A stretch of 63,619 bases of DNA, the filler included, from Diploschistes diacapsis (Eukaryota): NCBI GenBank assembly GCA_023645945.1. It is 10 parts of 10 records of this genome, joined end to end, with 100 filler letters (N's around TTAATTAATTAA, not from the genome) between each part and the next. Parts side by side here need not be neighbours in the genome. Positions count along the whole stretch, not along the records: positions 33,068 to 59,512 come from JALAIB010000180.1; 9 more parts are not named here. One strand, written 5' to 3'. The notes under the pieces are model-generated. The model saw only the letters and a list, made by a program, of their open reading frames with translations, was not told the origin of the DNA and did not search any database. Numbering within the stretch: position 1 is the stretch's first letter; each line of letters opens with the position of its first letter. Below are positions 33,763 through 48,713 of this stretch, in pieces. Made by a program: the position numbers and the translations under genes.

Positions 33763-36009
33763 CTACTGCAGAGCTTGTTGGCTGTCTACAGTTTCTAGGT
33801 CTTGTGATACACTCATTGCTTTTGTCAAAGCCCTCTCAAACACCGAAAGAAGCTCGGAGGTTTCTTCCAGACCCACACTTACTCGAACGAGATTTGCCTC
33901 AGCTCCGTATTTTTCAGCCTGCCAGCGTCAGAAGCGGTTGATTCCTGACCTACGATACTGGCTTACCCATTCAAGTTCATGATAATGAGCAAGAAGTACA
34001 AAGGGCGAACTTGAAGGGTTAGCGAGTCTCATTGCAAAACAACTGGGTCTACCTGCCTTAAGGTAAAATTCGTTCCTAGACTAGGGCCTTTGGCAGTATC
34101 AAGCGCGTTGAAAAACGACTTGGCCACCTCCGTGGAACGAAACGTTACGGAAAAAAGCCCTCCATAACCACCATTTGGGTTGCGATATGCATCAAAATTT
34201 GGCCTACTTGAGCTAAACTTCGGATAGTAGACGTCTTTCACTATCAAGTTTCAGAGTCGCATGATTGGCTAAGTCTCTCAGCACTCACCACATGGACTGA
34301 GCCTGATATTTTCACATAATTTCTCTGTGTTCTCGTTGATTCTTTTATTCCTAGTAACGAAGTCCCTGCTGTTCCTTTCCATAAAGATTGCATCTTCGGG
34401 CCAGTATGTATCTTGATAGTTGTCATCAAATGCTCGACGTAGTGCTTCATAATAGCGGCCCCTTGGATTTAGTATACAACTTGTCTAGTAAGTCCTGGTC
34501 AATTTTTTTTCATGCAGTCGAGGCCCTCACCTGCCGCCCATCACATTGCTATCGCCACTGAAAACCTTGGTCAGGCTGCTCACAACCATATCTGCTGCTG
34601 GTAGGACATGCACGTTGAGAAAGTTGCCGATCGTTTCATCGACAACAACAGCGAAATCAAATTTATTTGCAAGGTCCCTAATTCTCTTCAAGTCAGGAGT
34701 CTTCAGCAGCGGGTTGCCAGGGAATTCGCAAAAAAGTGCCAAGAACCTCTCGCCGCTCTGGCACCGCTTTTCAAGGTCGTCCAGCTCAGCTGAGGAGCAG
34801 TGACCATAGAAAACGCAGCCGGGCCCGAAGTGTTCCAAGACTTTCAAAGTGTCAATGTAGGGAAACCTAGCAAAGTCAGAAAAGGAATATATACTGTGAC
34901 GATGATAACGTAATACCCGAACATGATGCTCTTGAGGGGTTTCCTTGCCTTCATAAGTGTTCTATGCGAGTTGCAAATTGAGCTCATCCCAGTGGGGAAT
35001 AGGAAAACGTCCTGCTCGGATATTCCTCTGCCGCCATTCCCCTCCTTGCTATAATTCATTTCGGCGAGGGCCTCGCTAAGCTCGATGTTGGCCTCAAGCT
35101 TTCCTGCAATACGCCTTCTAATCGCGAGCTTTGCATTTTTTGCATGCAGATTACCAAGATTACGACCGAAACGTTCTTCAACATACTGAAAAAAGTCCAG
35201 GTCGTCTTTGTTGATACCACTGCTAACCACAATGGCAGAGCCCCTAGGTAGAGAACCGCTTGGTTGTGACTCTTTGGGGCCTCCTTTCTGGTATCGTTTA
35301 GGTCCTTTGGGAGCAGCCTTAGTCTCCAAACGATCTGAAGGGGGTTTCAAACGACGCTTGAGACGACCCTCGGCGAATAATTGTTGAAGGAATTCCCCTC
35401 TGCGACTAGAGATTCCGTCCCCCGTGTGCTGCCAGAACCTTGCAGCAATGCTGATCGTCTCTGTGGGATACAGGACTGCGGTCACAGCCGTTACTGCATT
35501 TTTCTCATCAAGACGAGGACTGTCCGAATCAAATATGATCAAGTCAAGGATATGAGGGTCTTCTTCGTTGCATCCCAGGGTTTCTGCAGAGACTACGGCT
35601 GTCGATTGAGTCTTCTTGATGAATTCCAGGCAGCGCGACGCTATCGATTTAGAAGGGAAGAGCATAGCTTTCTGCCCGGGTCTTCCATACTTTTCCACTA
35701 TGGAATCTGCTAAAGCCCTGATTCCGAGATTGATGAAGAACCTGACGGAGACAGCTGAGCACTGAAGACTCGACAGGGGGCGGGGTAACAGGAAAACATC
35801 GCACCTTGGATAGCCATTCTTCATCTTACTCACCACCCATTCTTCTCCCTCCTCATAACCAACGTTTGCTTCCCAGGAAGGTAGAGATACACTGACTGCC
35901 TGTAATTTCAATCAGACGGTCGGTTGAAGAAGCAATGCAATCCCACACTTACATGAGCGGTGTCAGGAATTGGCTGGCCGACCTCAGCCATAATTGGCGG
36001 TAGATGCAT
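33763..36009 (-). CDS. STR2: Cystathionine gamma-synthase (PLP-dependent), multi-exon
   Basis: [56 protein letters not shown] (PLP lysine), [18 protein letters not shown]. Confidence 0.93.
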
Positions 36010-36592
36010 AATTGCAATCCAGAGACGCGGTATTAGACTACTTTCACCTATAATCAGCCTATACTGGATGGCGGTTGGAATAAAACAACGCTCTTATCCA
36101 TGGCAAGTTGCAGGAAGAAGACAGGATCTTGTAGAACTTGCCATGGGTCACAGGCCCTAGGTGTACAAAAGGCGTTGACTCTCTATGTTTCGGACATGGC
36201 AGAATAGACAACATGCTGGAAATCATCCGTCGCATACAAGTAGGGTCGCATAAGGCACTGCCACATATTGAACTATTCCAAGTACCATGTATAAGGTAGG
36301 GTGTTACTATGGATATCCGCACAAATTCAGTAACTACCGAGAATTCCCACAACAAAATTTACGTTCTCCTGCACTTGAAGCAACCCAATTTCGACCATCA
36401 TGTCCCACTATTATTCCATCCGATGATTGCAAATACGATCAATCAGCCCCTGCCCTGAGTCTGAATCGAGAGTCGTTGCGCAGTCATCTGTTGTTTAACA
36501 CCCCAAGAAGCGGAGGCGAAATGATATGAGGAAACAAAAAACTAACCATGACTACTGCGGCGTGCTAGGAAAGCATTGCAGCCTCTCGAGCA

Positions 36593-39500
36593 ATGGCGAT
36601 TATGGAATCTCAAGCCCTCCCAAACCAGCCTCGACGTCAGGCATTCAAGATGCGAATTTCAAGTCAACGCCGAGCGTCTGGGATATCTTCACCAAACCCA
36701 GACGCTTTTAACCCAGATATTTTTAAGTTGCAAGTAGATGAGCTTCTGGCGGATATCCAACCCAGCATCGACGCCCACTTACAGAAGGCCAACTCTTCTC
36801 TACAACGTATAAAGGACGCCATCCAGGCCCTGCCCTCCAGGTCCCCTTTAACCGTAGGTACATCCGAGACACATGCAGAAGGTTGCTAATCCCGTGCGAA
36901 GGCCACGAAAGCTGAGCAGTTGCTGAACCAGCAGTCAAAGGTTCACATCCCCTTTCCAGAACCCCGACCTTCCGTAGACACCAAGTACACCATGGAGTAT
37001 GCACCACCAGCCGCTTTCAGTATGCCTGAAACAGCTGCAATTGGCACCCTGCTTTCTAGAGATCAAGCGCCACTGATTGACGTGGTGTTGACGATGCCAT
37101 CAGTATGACTGCTCGACTCATAAGTAGAAGCTGCAGCTAAGGTTACATAGCATATGTTTCAGGGAAAAGACTATCTAAATCATCGCTATTTCCATAAAAG
37201 GGCATTCTACATTGCATGCATAGCCGCTGGTTTGATAGAAGTTTTCGCAGGGTCTGTGATTCTAAGTTTCGTATATCACAATGGCAACGTCCTACAGCCC
37301 AGTCTGGTCATGAGCCAGCCCGAGGGTGAGCTCTGTGAATCATCTTAGAAAATGGCTATTTTGACTCTGAACAGGATACTCAAGGGAAAAAGTCGATCTG
37401 TCCGGGTTTTGTTTTCGGTTCCTTGCTACTGGCTCTGGCGAGGTTTTGCCACTGAGCAAAACCGTGCCCTGGCGTAATTGCATTCGAGCACACAAAGATG
37501 TAAACAGCGAACAAACTCTCCAGCCCACTGCATTTTACAATTCTACTCTTCGATCCGAAGCTTCTGTTCAATCCTACTCTGACCTATTTGACCACTTGTC
37601 TGGGTCCGTGCCGTCTTTCCATGGCGCTACACTCTTGACTGCCCTTTGGCTTCGTCAGCGCGGGTATGGCTCGGATTGCTCCCTCGGTGGTTTTGGCGTT
37701 TTCGAAAGCTCAACTATAATGGCACTGTTGCTCCAGAAAGGCGCCCCAGATAACCGACCTCTCTTCTCTTCCGGATACAGTCATTCCCAGCTCTTCAAGG
37801 CGTTTCTTAGCTTTATTGCCGCTCGAAATCTAATACAATCCCCATTTATTCTAGGTGTCGACCAGGAGCGCAGCATGAAACAGATTTTCCAAGCCACGCC
37901 AGTCTTCTTTGACGGCACACGCGCCTTCAACGTACTATATAACATGAACATTTGGTCTTACGAAAAAGTGAGTGATTCCAGTAAGACAAAGTCACCGAGC
38001 TGCTAATTATGGTTCCCGAAGCTTCGTCACGAAGCGTCCTTGACGTTGGCCTGCTTGAATGACAACTCGGTTGATCGATTCCATATCTGTTTCATCGCTA
38101 GAGTAGATAACGCTCTTCTGCAATCTGACTATACCCTACGGTAGGTTTCTCTCCGAACTTACTTTCAAACGATGTTAACAATGCTCCAAGAGCGACAATA
38201 CCGACACTGCTAGATGCTGCCGTGCCCGAATCTACCTCTAATGAACACGCCTTTGGTGCATGTAGGAGCATATATTCCATTCTCAAGACAGCATTAAATG
38301 ATCGCATTCAATTGATATGGTTCAAGCTACCCTCACCTAAGAACTGGTCAGTACGAGCCCCTAACCTTAAACGAGAGCCAGCGGCTATCGAACTCCACCT
38401 CATCACAAACACAGAGAATGCAGATCGTACCATCGACCACGGGCCATCTGCGGAAGACAGAGAATCCGCTAAGGCATTCCGCAGTTTTTGGGGCGAGAAA
38501 ACTGAACTGCGCAGGTTCAGGGATGGGAGCATAAAGGAAAGTTTGATTTGGAGTGCCAGTGAAGCCAAAGAACCCATCTGCTGCCAGATCATACGGTATG
38601 CACTAGGGAGACATGTTGGCAGTGACCTTGCGGACTCAGTCGTACTGCTACGGGATGACTTTCAGCATCGCTTACCGGAACATAACCCTGCACAAGCTCG
38701 AGGGTTTTTTACGAATATGTGGCAATCTTTCGAGCTACTCCAGCAGCACATCAACAACCTTGAAGGCTTGCCCCTGCAGATTCGTCAAATTTCTCCTGCT
38801 TCTGCCGAGCTCCGGTTTAGTTCTCTATCCCTAGGAAATATGGAAAACAAAAGATTTCAACCGGCTGATGTAGTTTTACAGTTCGAAAGCTCGGGTAGGT
38901 GGCCTGATGATCCAGCCGCAATTGAAAGAACGAAGGTTGCTATGTTACTTAAGCTTGGGGAGCTCCTCGAGCGTCGAGAGTCAAGTCTTCGTACTAAAGT
39001 TGGCCTTCAAAATCGGATACATAACCTCGTCAACGTCACGTTCTTAGACATAACAATAGACAAATATAGCTTCCGCGTTTGGATTCATGATGATAAGGAA
39101 CGGACTCTGCTTGAACGCCAGCTTAAGTCCCCAGAGTCAATACCATCGACCAAAGAAGCTGTCGCTCGCGCTATCTCAGCTCATAAGAATGTCTACGCCA
39201 ATGCACCTTTGCATACTCAGGTTGTGAGGAACCTGTGTATCCAATACCCTTATCTATCGCCTACCATTCGCCTTCTTAAAAAGTGGTGTTCATGCCACCT
39301 GTTACTTCCACATCTAAATGAGGAATTCGTTGAGCTACTAGCCATCAGCGTATTTACTCAACCATATCCGTACAGCCCACCCGGCAGCCTCAGAACCGGC
39401 TTCTTACGATCAATCTCTAGACTTGCCAAGTGGAACTGGGCTACTGAGCCCCTCTTGGTCAATCTCATAGAGAAACTTAGTAATGCTGAAACCGAGGCCA

Positions 39501-40135
39501 TCCAAACCAACTTCACTGCTTGGAGAAAAATCGATCCTGCGATGAAACAAACCGTACTTGTCGTGGGAACTCCTCTTGATATCGGAGGGATCGCGTGGAC
39601 GCAGCGACGCCCTCAAAGAGTAATAGCAACACGACTGACTGCACTCGCAAAAGCATCCCTCGCCTCGGCGATGTCTGATGGTGCCCCTTTGGAGGAGAAG
39701 CCCTTGTTCAGGACACCGACGGGCGATTACGACTTTATAATCTACATCAACCAACATCAAAAGTCGAAAGGTCACCCGAATTCCGGAGAAAGCCGTATTG
39801 TTACGCCAAACAGACACCCTTCAGATGTCTTTGATGCGCATGACCGAGTCAATGCTTACGTAGAGGAACTCGAGCGCACTTTTAGAGATAACATCGTGTT
39901 TATGCATGACGGGCATGAGAAGGCCATCGTTGCCGGCCTTTGGAACCCAGCCGCTGCGCCGAGGGCCTGGAAAGTCAACCTACCCTTCTCCGCCATGCCG
40001 TATTATGCAATCAGTGCTCAAGGGGAGCGGTCACAGCGAATCACCATAAACAAAGCGGCAATACTGCATGAGATAGCGCGTCTTGGAGGAAATATCGTGT
40101 CAAACATTCAGGTTCAGAGCTCTTTAGCGCCCTGA
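36593..40135 (+). CDS. UTP22: U3 snoRNP protein Utp22 / Nrap (NOL6); start uncertain
   Basis: FKLQVDELL, KDYLNHRYFHKRAFY, WLRQRG, FWGEKTELRRFRDGSIKESLIW, QFESSGRWPDD across GT-AG-spliced exons. Confidence 0.93.
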
Positions 40136-40251
40136 TGTACATTAGGTTTTCCCTGCTTCACAGTCAAACGGGACGCCCTTTTCTTTCCCAAATCATCTCA
40201 ATGCACAAGATAACCACAAAACGCCCTCGCTATGCAAATACCCCTAATGCT

Positions 40252-43200
40252 TCATCTGAACGCCAGTAACTTCTGATCCGTCCTGCCTTGAACGCCCTGT
40301 GCTGTGACTCCGCAATGTGCGTCCCTAACCGAAACAACTTCATACGTCCCTTCCTCAGACACTTTGACTGTTTTCCGATGCTCTGCCGATACGTCCGATT
40401 TAGTTTCCAAGATCACGGACCTTTTTCCCTTAGTCGCCGTTGTACTTCGAGTAAAACTATGGTCGAATTAGCGTACTTTCTAAGTGATATTATATATAAC
40501 GGCTCACGTGAATTCGAAAGGCGGCGTTCCTTCAAATTCAAACAGCAGTTCCGCCTCGCCGCCTTCGTGGATATCAACTTCGCTAACCTTACCCGAGCTA
40601 ATGCGGACACTTGGCAGAGGGCGGATGACCTTTGTTATCAGACTACGAGCCTGGCAATTATCGCCGCTTGCCTTATCGCTAACACCCGTCACGGTAAAAT
40701 TGCCGGGCTTCTCAGCAAGTCGACGGAACGTCGTGCTCGTCGAGCTCGCTTTCTTCTCAATACCGTTGAATTCATAAAAGACGTTGAAAGGCGGCGTTCC
40801 AGCAAGATTAAAGGAAATTCGATCGCCTACGCAATAGTCGGCATGAGTTTCCAGCGGTGATATGGTAGGGACGTCGACAACATTGACCCGGACAACAGAC
40901 CCGCGGGGTTCTAGATTGCTCTCACATCCGTTGCCGTCACGAATTTTTCGGATAGTTAGGCTATGGCTTCCAAGTGACAACGCCCGATGCGGAATGTGGA
41001 AGTCATAGTTATTAGCGTGAATATTTGGAATGTTCACGATCTCCGGTGCCGTACTGCTATGGTGCCTAATGCCCAGCTCAAGTGCAAAGGGAGGCTGTCC
41101 AATGATAGAAATTGGGACAACGTCTTTTATCGATGTCTGCTCTTTGCAGTAACTATATATTTTTCCCGTGTTAGTAAACTTGGCTGAAGGCCGGGCATGT
41201 ATCCTTTGTTTCAAAGAAATTGGGTTAAAAGAGCCAGAAGCTGGGTCATACGAACGATCTCCGAGTTTGGAAAACGTGTATTCATTCCAGCCAGCTTGGC
41301 TAGTGTCCATTCTTATAGAGGTACCGTGAAGAGCCACATCTTCGACTCTGTGATGAACGGAGACCGACCCCAGGTCTGGATCTGAACGTACATCGTACTC
41401 CAAATGATAAGGGGCGTTGCCAGTAAAGGCAAGTTCTACGGAATCTTGGTCTCCTTGACAAACCGCTAGTTTTTCCAAAACCTGGTCGGACTTTACAACG
41501 GAGTTGTTTTCAACAACGCGAAGGCTAGGTCGGGGAATCCAACGCACTTCAAACTGGTTCGCGGCCGTCTCTATCGTGCCCGGACAGAAACTGTCTCTAA
41601 CTTCCTCGAGTCTGTAGACGTCCTCCGAATCCACTTCAAGCACGTCGTTTACATTGCGAAGTGTTCGCCGGAATGTCTCGTGCTGATTCAACCTAGAATA
41701 CGTGATTGAGTAGGGTGGTTCACCGGATAGCCGGAGCGGTAGGAGCGCCTTTTTTCCCTGGAGGATCAATAGGCTTCGCTGCCCCTCAACCAGCCCGAAA
41801 GCAGCACCAGGTCTTTGGTGGCGTACATGGATGTTTGCTTCTTCTTCTAAGAAGATCTTGCAGCCTGAGGCATCTGTCACGCTTGTGAGACTGAGGGTGT
41901 GTTGACCGCCCTTGTTAAGCTTGGGTGTAGTGATCAAAAAACTAATCGTTGCAATGCCTGTTTCCTTGTATCTCTTCCGTTTCCCCCCATGAACGATGTC
42001 ATACTCAAGGATATAGGGTGCCTCGCCGGTAAGAATTACTTCCAAGCTAGCCTGCTCATCCACGCAAGCCTCCAAGTTTGGAGCCTGCTGAGCAAACCGA
42101 CCCCATGCTGTAGGCTTCACATCTGTTTCGAAAATAAGAGACTTTGGCTTGAGTGATATATCCTCGTAAACTGCGTCAGAGATGCCGAGGAATTCATATG
42201 TATATCGCCCTGAATTCCTGGGTTTGAATTCCAGTTGCGTCCTCAGCGAATCGATTTTCTCGACGTGCGAGGAAATACCTGCACCGTTTCGTCGCGATGT
42301 GTAGGAGATGTGGAATGGAGGAGTTCCAATCATATCGAGATTGAGACGTAAACCAATAGAGTTTCCGGCACATTGATGAGGGATTGCTTCTGACGTTATG
42401 GCGATCTCTGGTTCAGGCGCGTTCAGCAGCAGACACGAAGACGGCTCCATAACCTGACCAGTGCAGAATTGGTTGGATACAGAGGTCAACGAGTACAAGC
42501 CAGGTTCCTGAATCCTTGGGCCCCGTTCACCCTGCTTCAGAGTGATAGCCTGCGTCTGGACAATCTGCTCCACCTCTATATCGTCGTTAGATCCAGGGAT
42601 AAAAGTGTAGCTTATGCGGTGTGGAAGAGGGGCCATTTCCTGTCGCCTTGATGGATTCAACCAGATTGGCAAGCTTGTAGAGTCGCCTTTCGCGATTTTT
42701 AGCGGTTGCTGCGTACTGCAACCTTCAAGCAAGACCGCAGGAGGATCATGGACTTTAATGACCTGATGAGGTGAACTTGCGGCGGTCAACTGACCGCTGC
42801 GATGCTCAGAGTAGTGCACGACGTTTCCAACGGCATCATGCAACTCATCGATCGAATATTCCCAGTGCCCTCGAGTGGCCAATGTCTCATTTATGGGAAC
42901 TTTCACAAGATGCCGAGCCGCCCAGGTGATATCAGGTCTGGCCCCGTCAATCTTGACTAAAGAGTCAAGATTCTGTTGCTGCAGTAACGGAGATTCGAAG
43001 TCCATAGGATGAACTGTAAGAAAGACATCGGATTTGTCTTCCTTGTTGACCTTCTTGCTATACCTGACCTTTAATGGCGGTGTGCCTTCAACATGAAAGT
43101 GGACGTCTGATAACTCTCCACGACACTTGTCCTTGGACGCACCTTCAATACGTGCAGATGGACAAGATACGACTAATGTATCTGATTTCGTTCTTTGCAC

Positions 43201-44185
43201 TTCAAGATTTGATACGTCCACCACCTTTTTCAGGCGGTACAAACCGGTCTGCTTGACTGGGTATCTCAGTACACGGGGATTGGTGGCATGATTCTTTGCA
43301 AGATCTTTCTCTGCCTGCTTTTTGAGCTTTCTTGCTTCTTTTCCACTGATTGTTATTGTTTCGTTGGTATTCGAGTCCAGGTCCAATCTCAGGAGCTCAA
43401 TTAGTATTGGAGTAGTCTGGTTTATCATGATCGGGAGCTCAACAGGTGTGTTCTTCGGATCGATGCAAAAAGGTAGATGATCCGGATTTAGTATTGCAGA
43501 TCTAGTTCGGGTTAGATATAGCTTAATAACAGAATCTGAGGTACATACCCTTCAGGTAGGATATGGACTATTTGTTTGCCAAGGATAAGGGACGAATTCT
43601 GGAGTATCGAGCCTGCTTTCACGCGGCGTTCAGCCACCGCAAGTTCACCATCGAAGAACATTCTTGTCAAGGCTAGCAGTCCGGTTTCAAATGGTAGCTA
43701 AGCCGCCTTAGCTTTCAGGCGGATTTTGTGAGATCATTAAGGCTTACGGAGACTCGAAACATGAGCATCGCATTAGCGACTGTATGCAAAGCGTATACTA
43801 TTACCATCGTAGATGACGACCATTCCAACCAAGGGATCTTCAATTCTGGTAGGCCAAAGAGGAAGACAGCGTCGATTAGAAACCATTTCGCGAAGTATGG
43901 CCACGCATCATAATCCTCAGCAACAATCTTGTAGTAGTCGAAGAAGCGCCACGCTATAAGCCCCATGTAGAATGCCGAAATGTAAAAACGCTGTGTAGGC
44001 GCATCTAGGATCGAGAATGGTATTAGAGGTCGTGACTCTTCTTCCGCACGCGGGGCTGTACTTGAGCGCAAAGGCCCGGTCGTCCCTTTGGATCCAGCAT
44101 CTTCTACTTCGCCTTGACGCCGATCTTGCCGCTCGCTATGTGGTGTCGAAGGGTAAGCAGAGCGGATACGAGGAGTGCCGTTCAT
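40252..44185 (-). CDS. POM152: Transmembrane nucleoporin Pom152
   Basis: MNGTPRIRSAYPSTP, DAPTQR, LPELKIPWLEW; repeated Ig-like modules with G.PP(F/Y) motifs; last exon EEGTYEVVSVRD ends with TGA at 40252. Confidence 0.93.
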
Positions 44186-44775
44186 GGCATCCTAGGAACC
44201 AGCGAGGGTAGGTGAACAATACGTTAAATATCTTCGTTAATGGGGCATGGAACCGAGGTGCTACCTCGTAGGATGCTATGAGAAAACAAATGAGTGTAGA
44301 CCAAAGCCTAGCACGTGCCGGGAAAAAGTCGCGAAGTGAGCTGTTCTTGGATGTTGATTTTGTCACCTTAACGAAGTTAAGATGGCTGGACCGCGGCTAT
44401 GGACCAATCATATAGCTCACTGCAGACCACTGCAAGCAAATACAGGGGTCCTATCCCAAGCTACCTCAAGAAGAGTACCTTAACGGGTCGCTAGTTAGTA
44501 GCCTCCCACTGCAAGCCAATGCTGATGTTTACTGATCGTATTGTCGCTGGCATTGCTCAGATAGTTGATTGGCCAGCAAAAGTCCGTCTGCGAAGTTATA
44601 ATGGAGCTTCGACTTTGCCCGAAACCAATGAACCATGATATAGGCCGTACAGGTTATAGATGTAAATTTACATAACCAGGCTTCGCTTGATGATGGGTTC
44701 GAACTCTTGAGCCACCTCGATGCCCTCTCCCAAGCTTTCTGGGGTGTAATCTCGTATTAGAAAATTCATCAGAGG

Positions 44776-46290
44776 ATGCCTCCGACTTCAGTGGCCTACG
44801 AGGGGATCGCATCAGATTCAGACATGTCGGATCATGAATTCTCCCTGCAAGCAACACATGCTGAGAAACAGGCTTGGAAAGGCTGGTGCGAGATTGAGTC
44901 AGAGCCGGTAAGTTGTTGTTTTCCTTGGGTTTCCGGATCTGATCGGTATACACGCAGGCTTTCTTCAACATGATATTGAAGCAATTTGGTGTGAGAGGAG
45001 TCAAAGTTTGCGAGATCTTTTCATTTGACGAGGATATGCTTGAGTCCCTTCCGTAGGCAGGCAGAGATGATATTCACATATTTATGCTTATATTCCCTTT
45101 CAGGAAGCCAGTATATGGCTTGATTTTCCTATCAAAATGGCGCGAGAATAAGCCATTGGGCCACTCGAGAAGGACGGAAGCATCGCAAGGCATTTGGTTC
45201 GCCAACCAGGTAGGTCGAGGAGACAAATTCCTTTATATGTCGATGACTAATAACTACAGACAGTTGACAACGCCTGTGCAACGCTAGCTTTGTTAAATAT
45301 CATCAATAACGTGGAGGGCATCGAGTTAGGGGAACATTTGGCACACTTTAGGGAATTTACCAACACTTTTGCTCCAGAGCTTCGCGGTGAGGCTGTCGGC
45401 AATTTCGAATTCGCAAGACAGATCCACAACTCCTTCGCTAGGTTCGGCTACCGAGAGTATTGGTCTTGTATCTCCGCTCATTGGAAATGCAGGAAGATGG
45501 ACATGCTAAATAGTGACCTCTACATGGCAGACGAAGCATATTGTGATGAAAAGTCGAAGAGTAAACATAAGAAGCGACGTCACAACATGGAGGAGGCAGC
45601 GTATCATTTCGATGCATTTATTCTTATCAAGGATGAAATATGGAAACTCGATGGTTTGGAGGCGCATCCTCAAAGTCTGGGTAAATCTAGAATCAGCACT
45701 TCAGAACAGACTGCTAAGCGGTGGTGGTAGGAACCGCTTCCGACTCAAACTGGGTTGAGAAGGTAAAGCTGGATCTTCAAGACCGAATGGCCAGCTACGA
45801 GGCAAACGCAGTTGAATTTGCTACCCTTGGCGTTGCTCGAGATCCACTCCACAATCTTACATTGGAGCTGGCTAAGAATATTCAAGAGATTAAACACTTG
45901 GATGCTTGCTTGGATGTCCAATTTCCAAACTGGCGGAAGTCTTTGGTAGAGCTGAGTAGTAAAGACGAGTTAGAAAGTACCTTATCAGGCCCAAACGAAA
46001 GTTACAGGATACGTGAGGACATGCTAGACAGCACAACTTTACCGACGGTCGAGGAAGAAAATCCAGGAGATGCAGTTCCGCAGTCTCTGGATGAGCTTCT
46101 TCAATCCAGAGTGGAAGCTGCACACGCGCAGGCTAATATCAGAGCTTCCATAGCCCAGGAATGGGAGTCGAATCTGAGTGACGAGATCAAATGTCAAGGC
46201 CGAAAATTTGACTACAGTCCTATCATCTATGACTGGTTCAGGTTTCATGTTGGAAATGGTACTATGAAAGATATCATTGACATCATGTAG
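44776..46290 (+). CDS. UCH37: Ubiquitin C-terminal hydrolase, peptidase C12 (UCH37-like)
   Basis: GWCEIESEP, FANQ/NACAT (catalytic Cys), YHF, LDGL; multi-exon. Family is secure, exact paralog less so. Confidence 0.8.
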
Positions 46291-46732
46291 ATTGTGGACT
46301 GTGATAATTTCCCCTAGTGATCATTAATTTGTACACTCAGCCCGCTCTTAGTCGCTTTAAAGAGAAAGTCAAAAAAACAAAACCATTGTGCAAGCAATGG
46401 CTTTTGCATTCAGAAGTCTGATATCTGCGTTGAAAGTACAGCGCCTGTGCATCTTTGGGCCTCAAGGCGTTGTGGTAACGCTGGAGCCAAGACAATGTGA
46501 GCAAGCTTTTGATCGTTTGGACTATGGCTAGATAGAGTACGGCCCCCACCAATCGGTAGTGGAGTGTTATACAAAGTCTGAACTTATAGGCCGATACTTG
46601 CAGAGCAGGTGCGAATTTGACACCAGGTAATGCAGATATCACAGCAGCCACCTGTCGTCAGACTTCGATAAGTGACATCTAAGCTTCCCATATCAACTCC
46701 TGACTGCTCGGAAGCTTCAATAGATTAAGAAG

Positions 46733-48713
46733 TTAGTCGTCCGGGTATTCGTCTTTGATATTGCTAACGAAGCATCGTGACTTCTTGTCCCATCGTTTGA
46801 AATATTTCCCAGCAAGGCTCATCAAACTATCAGGCATGTCTGGTTTGACAACATTTATGTTCTCCTCGGCAACGTATCGCACGCTCTTATCCTCAACCCT
46901 TATTTTGTCAGTGCAGATAACAATAGAAGCAGCTTGACTTACAGAACATGGTAAAAACTCTGACCTGGGCCCCGTGACAGCTCATGAACGCGCATCTGAG
47001 CCATCCATTGCTCGTTCGCTCCACATTCTGTGTCCCAGCCTGTAATCACGGCAAGATAATTGTATCGCTTGTGCTGGAATACCTGGCCAACATTGTAACG
47101 AACACGCCCCGAAACCTCTTTAGTGCGCCGTTTTACTTGCTTCGGCATAGAATCAACAGATCTCATAACGCGGACTGACCCCTGGAGCTGATCAAATTCC
47201 GGAGAGTGCTGAAACATTGGAATAATATGGTTCTCGATCAAGCTCACATCGGTCGGAAAGTGGGTCTCGAAATGCTCGACAAAGGTTGGCAAATATGTCC
47301 GTCGGCGAATTGTTGCGAAAACTGGGCCGTCGCCGTTAGCAGGGATACCAAGAAGCAGAGAAGCCCATAGAGCCCCGTAAAAGGCGCCGTCTAGGTCAGC
47401 GAATGAAGGAACAGGTACCATGCTGTCACGATCAACATGTCTACCTTGAGCTCGTCTGTGGGATTCTTGCACAGACATCAAAATGTTCCGACTGGTGCGA
47501 ACGACAAGGTCTGAAACCGGGGTCGGTTCCAAATATGCACTTTGCTGCGATTCTAAAGCACCAACAAGCCGGAGGCGAGAGACTATTTCGCTCACTGATA
47601 CTTCCTGGTCCGTCTCAAATGGATCCATATACATGGAGCCGACGGCTTCATCGGGCAAGGAAGGCTTTCCGTCGACCTTAAAGCCTCGGGGCGCTCTCAC
47701 AACAACCATGACGTGGAATGGTAAAGCACACGGACTCGCGTCTACTCCAAGTCTTCGGGCCACGCAGCAGTAGATGGCTGCAGATATCAGTGGTAGCGAG
47801 GGATGATCTTTATCATGAAGAGCAAAACCAATGAAGTTATTTTGAAGGTCATGGTAATGATGAGTGCCAGTACGCCCAAGGCCTACAAGATTATGTTGTA
47901 AAAGGTATTTAGCGATAAGAGTTGCTTTTTGGTGAGTTGTCATCTTCTGATAGCCTGGGTACTGCTCATGGAAATCCGTGGCAACAGCGTTCAGGCGAGC
48001 GGTAGTCTTTAGCAATCAATATTGATCTGTCACTGATGGAGGGGCTTAGGGACTTACTTCGTCAAAGTCGCCTTGCCTCTCGTGAAGCACGAACATATCG
48101 AAGGCGGTCAGAACCTCCTCTAGCGCTACATCCTGTCTGCTCTGTAGCTTTGACCATTTGTTGATGGCCATTGCTCGATGGAGGCATCCTAGAGCAGCAT
48201 CACTATAATACCTGGTAACACAGGGATTAACGCTTGCACAGCCTCTTTCCTTGGAACTGACCTTCTGGCCAAAACATCCTCGGCGTTCTCGTCTACTGCT
48301 AAATGCTGCAAAAGACAATCTTTTGCATCGTAACCAATTTCGACGATGCGCTGAAACTTGTGAATTCGGCCCACCTGCGTAGACAGGAGGCTATCAAGAA
48401 GACGACTAGTTTCGCGATAGGCAAGATGCCGGTCGATGAACACTCTTTTCCAATTTATACCGGTCTCTTTCCCCTCGATTTTGGATCGAATCCCCCCATG
48501 GCTCGAGTCCCAATAACGGAACCGGGTCTGGCAGGCGTGACGCCAGTTAAAGGCTTCTACAACCGATGCGAATCGACGACAGGTTTGCTGAAAAGAGGGA
48601 ATTGATAGAGCAGGAACATAAAAGAGAACATGCTGTAGGAGCTCAGTTGGAAGGTCATTTATTGTAACGTGCTTCAATGGGGGATCATGACTGCCCTGCA
48701 TGGGTATCGCCAT
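46733..48713 (-). CDS. F-box protein with transglutaminase-like and YccV/HspQ domains (FBXO21-like)
   Basis: LPTELLQHV (F-box), LPLISAAIYCCVARRLG..P.HV, YNVGQVFQHKRYNY.AVITGWD...QSFYHVL..RYVAEENI. Confidence 0.88.

Noticed and set aside
44643..44715. tRNA-like GGTTCGAAC motif
   Set aside because: Only a B-box-like core; no cloverleaf pairing.
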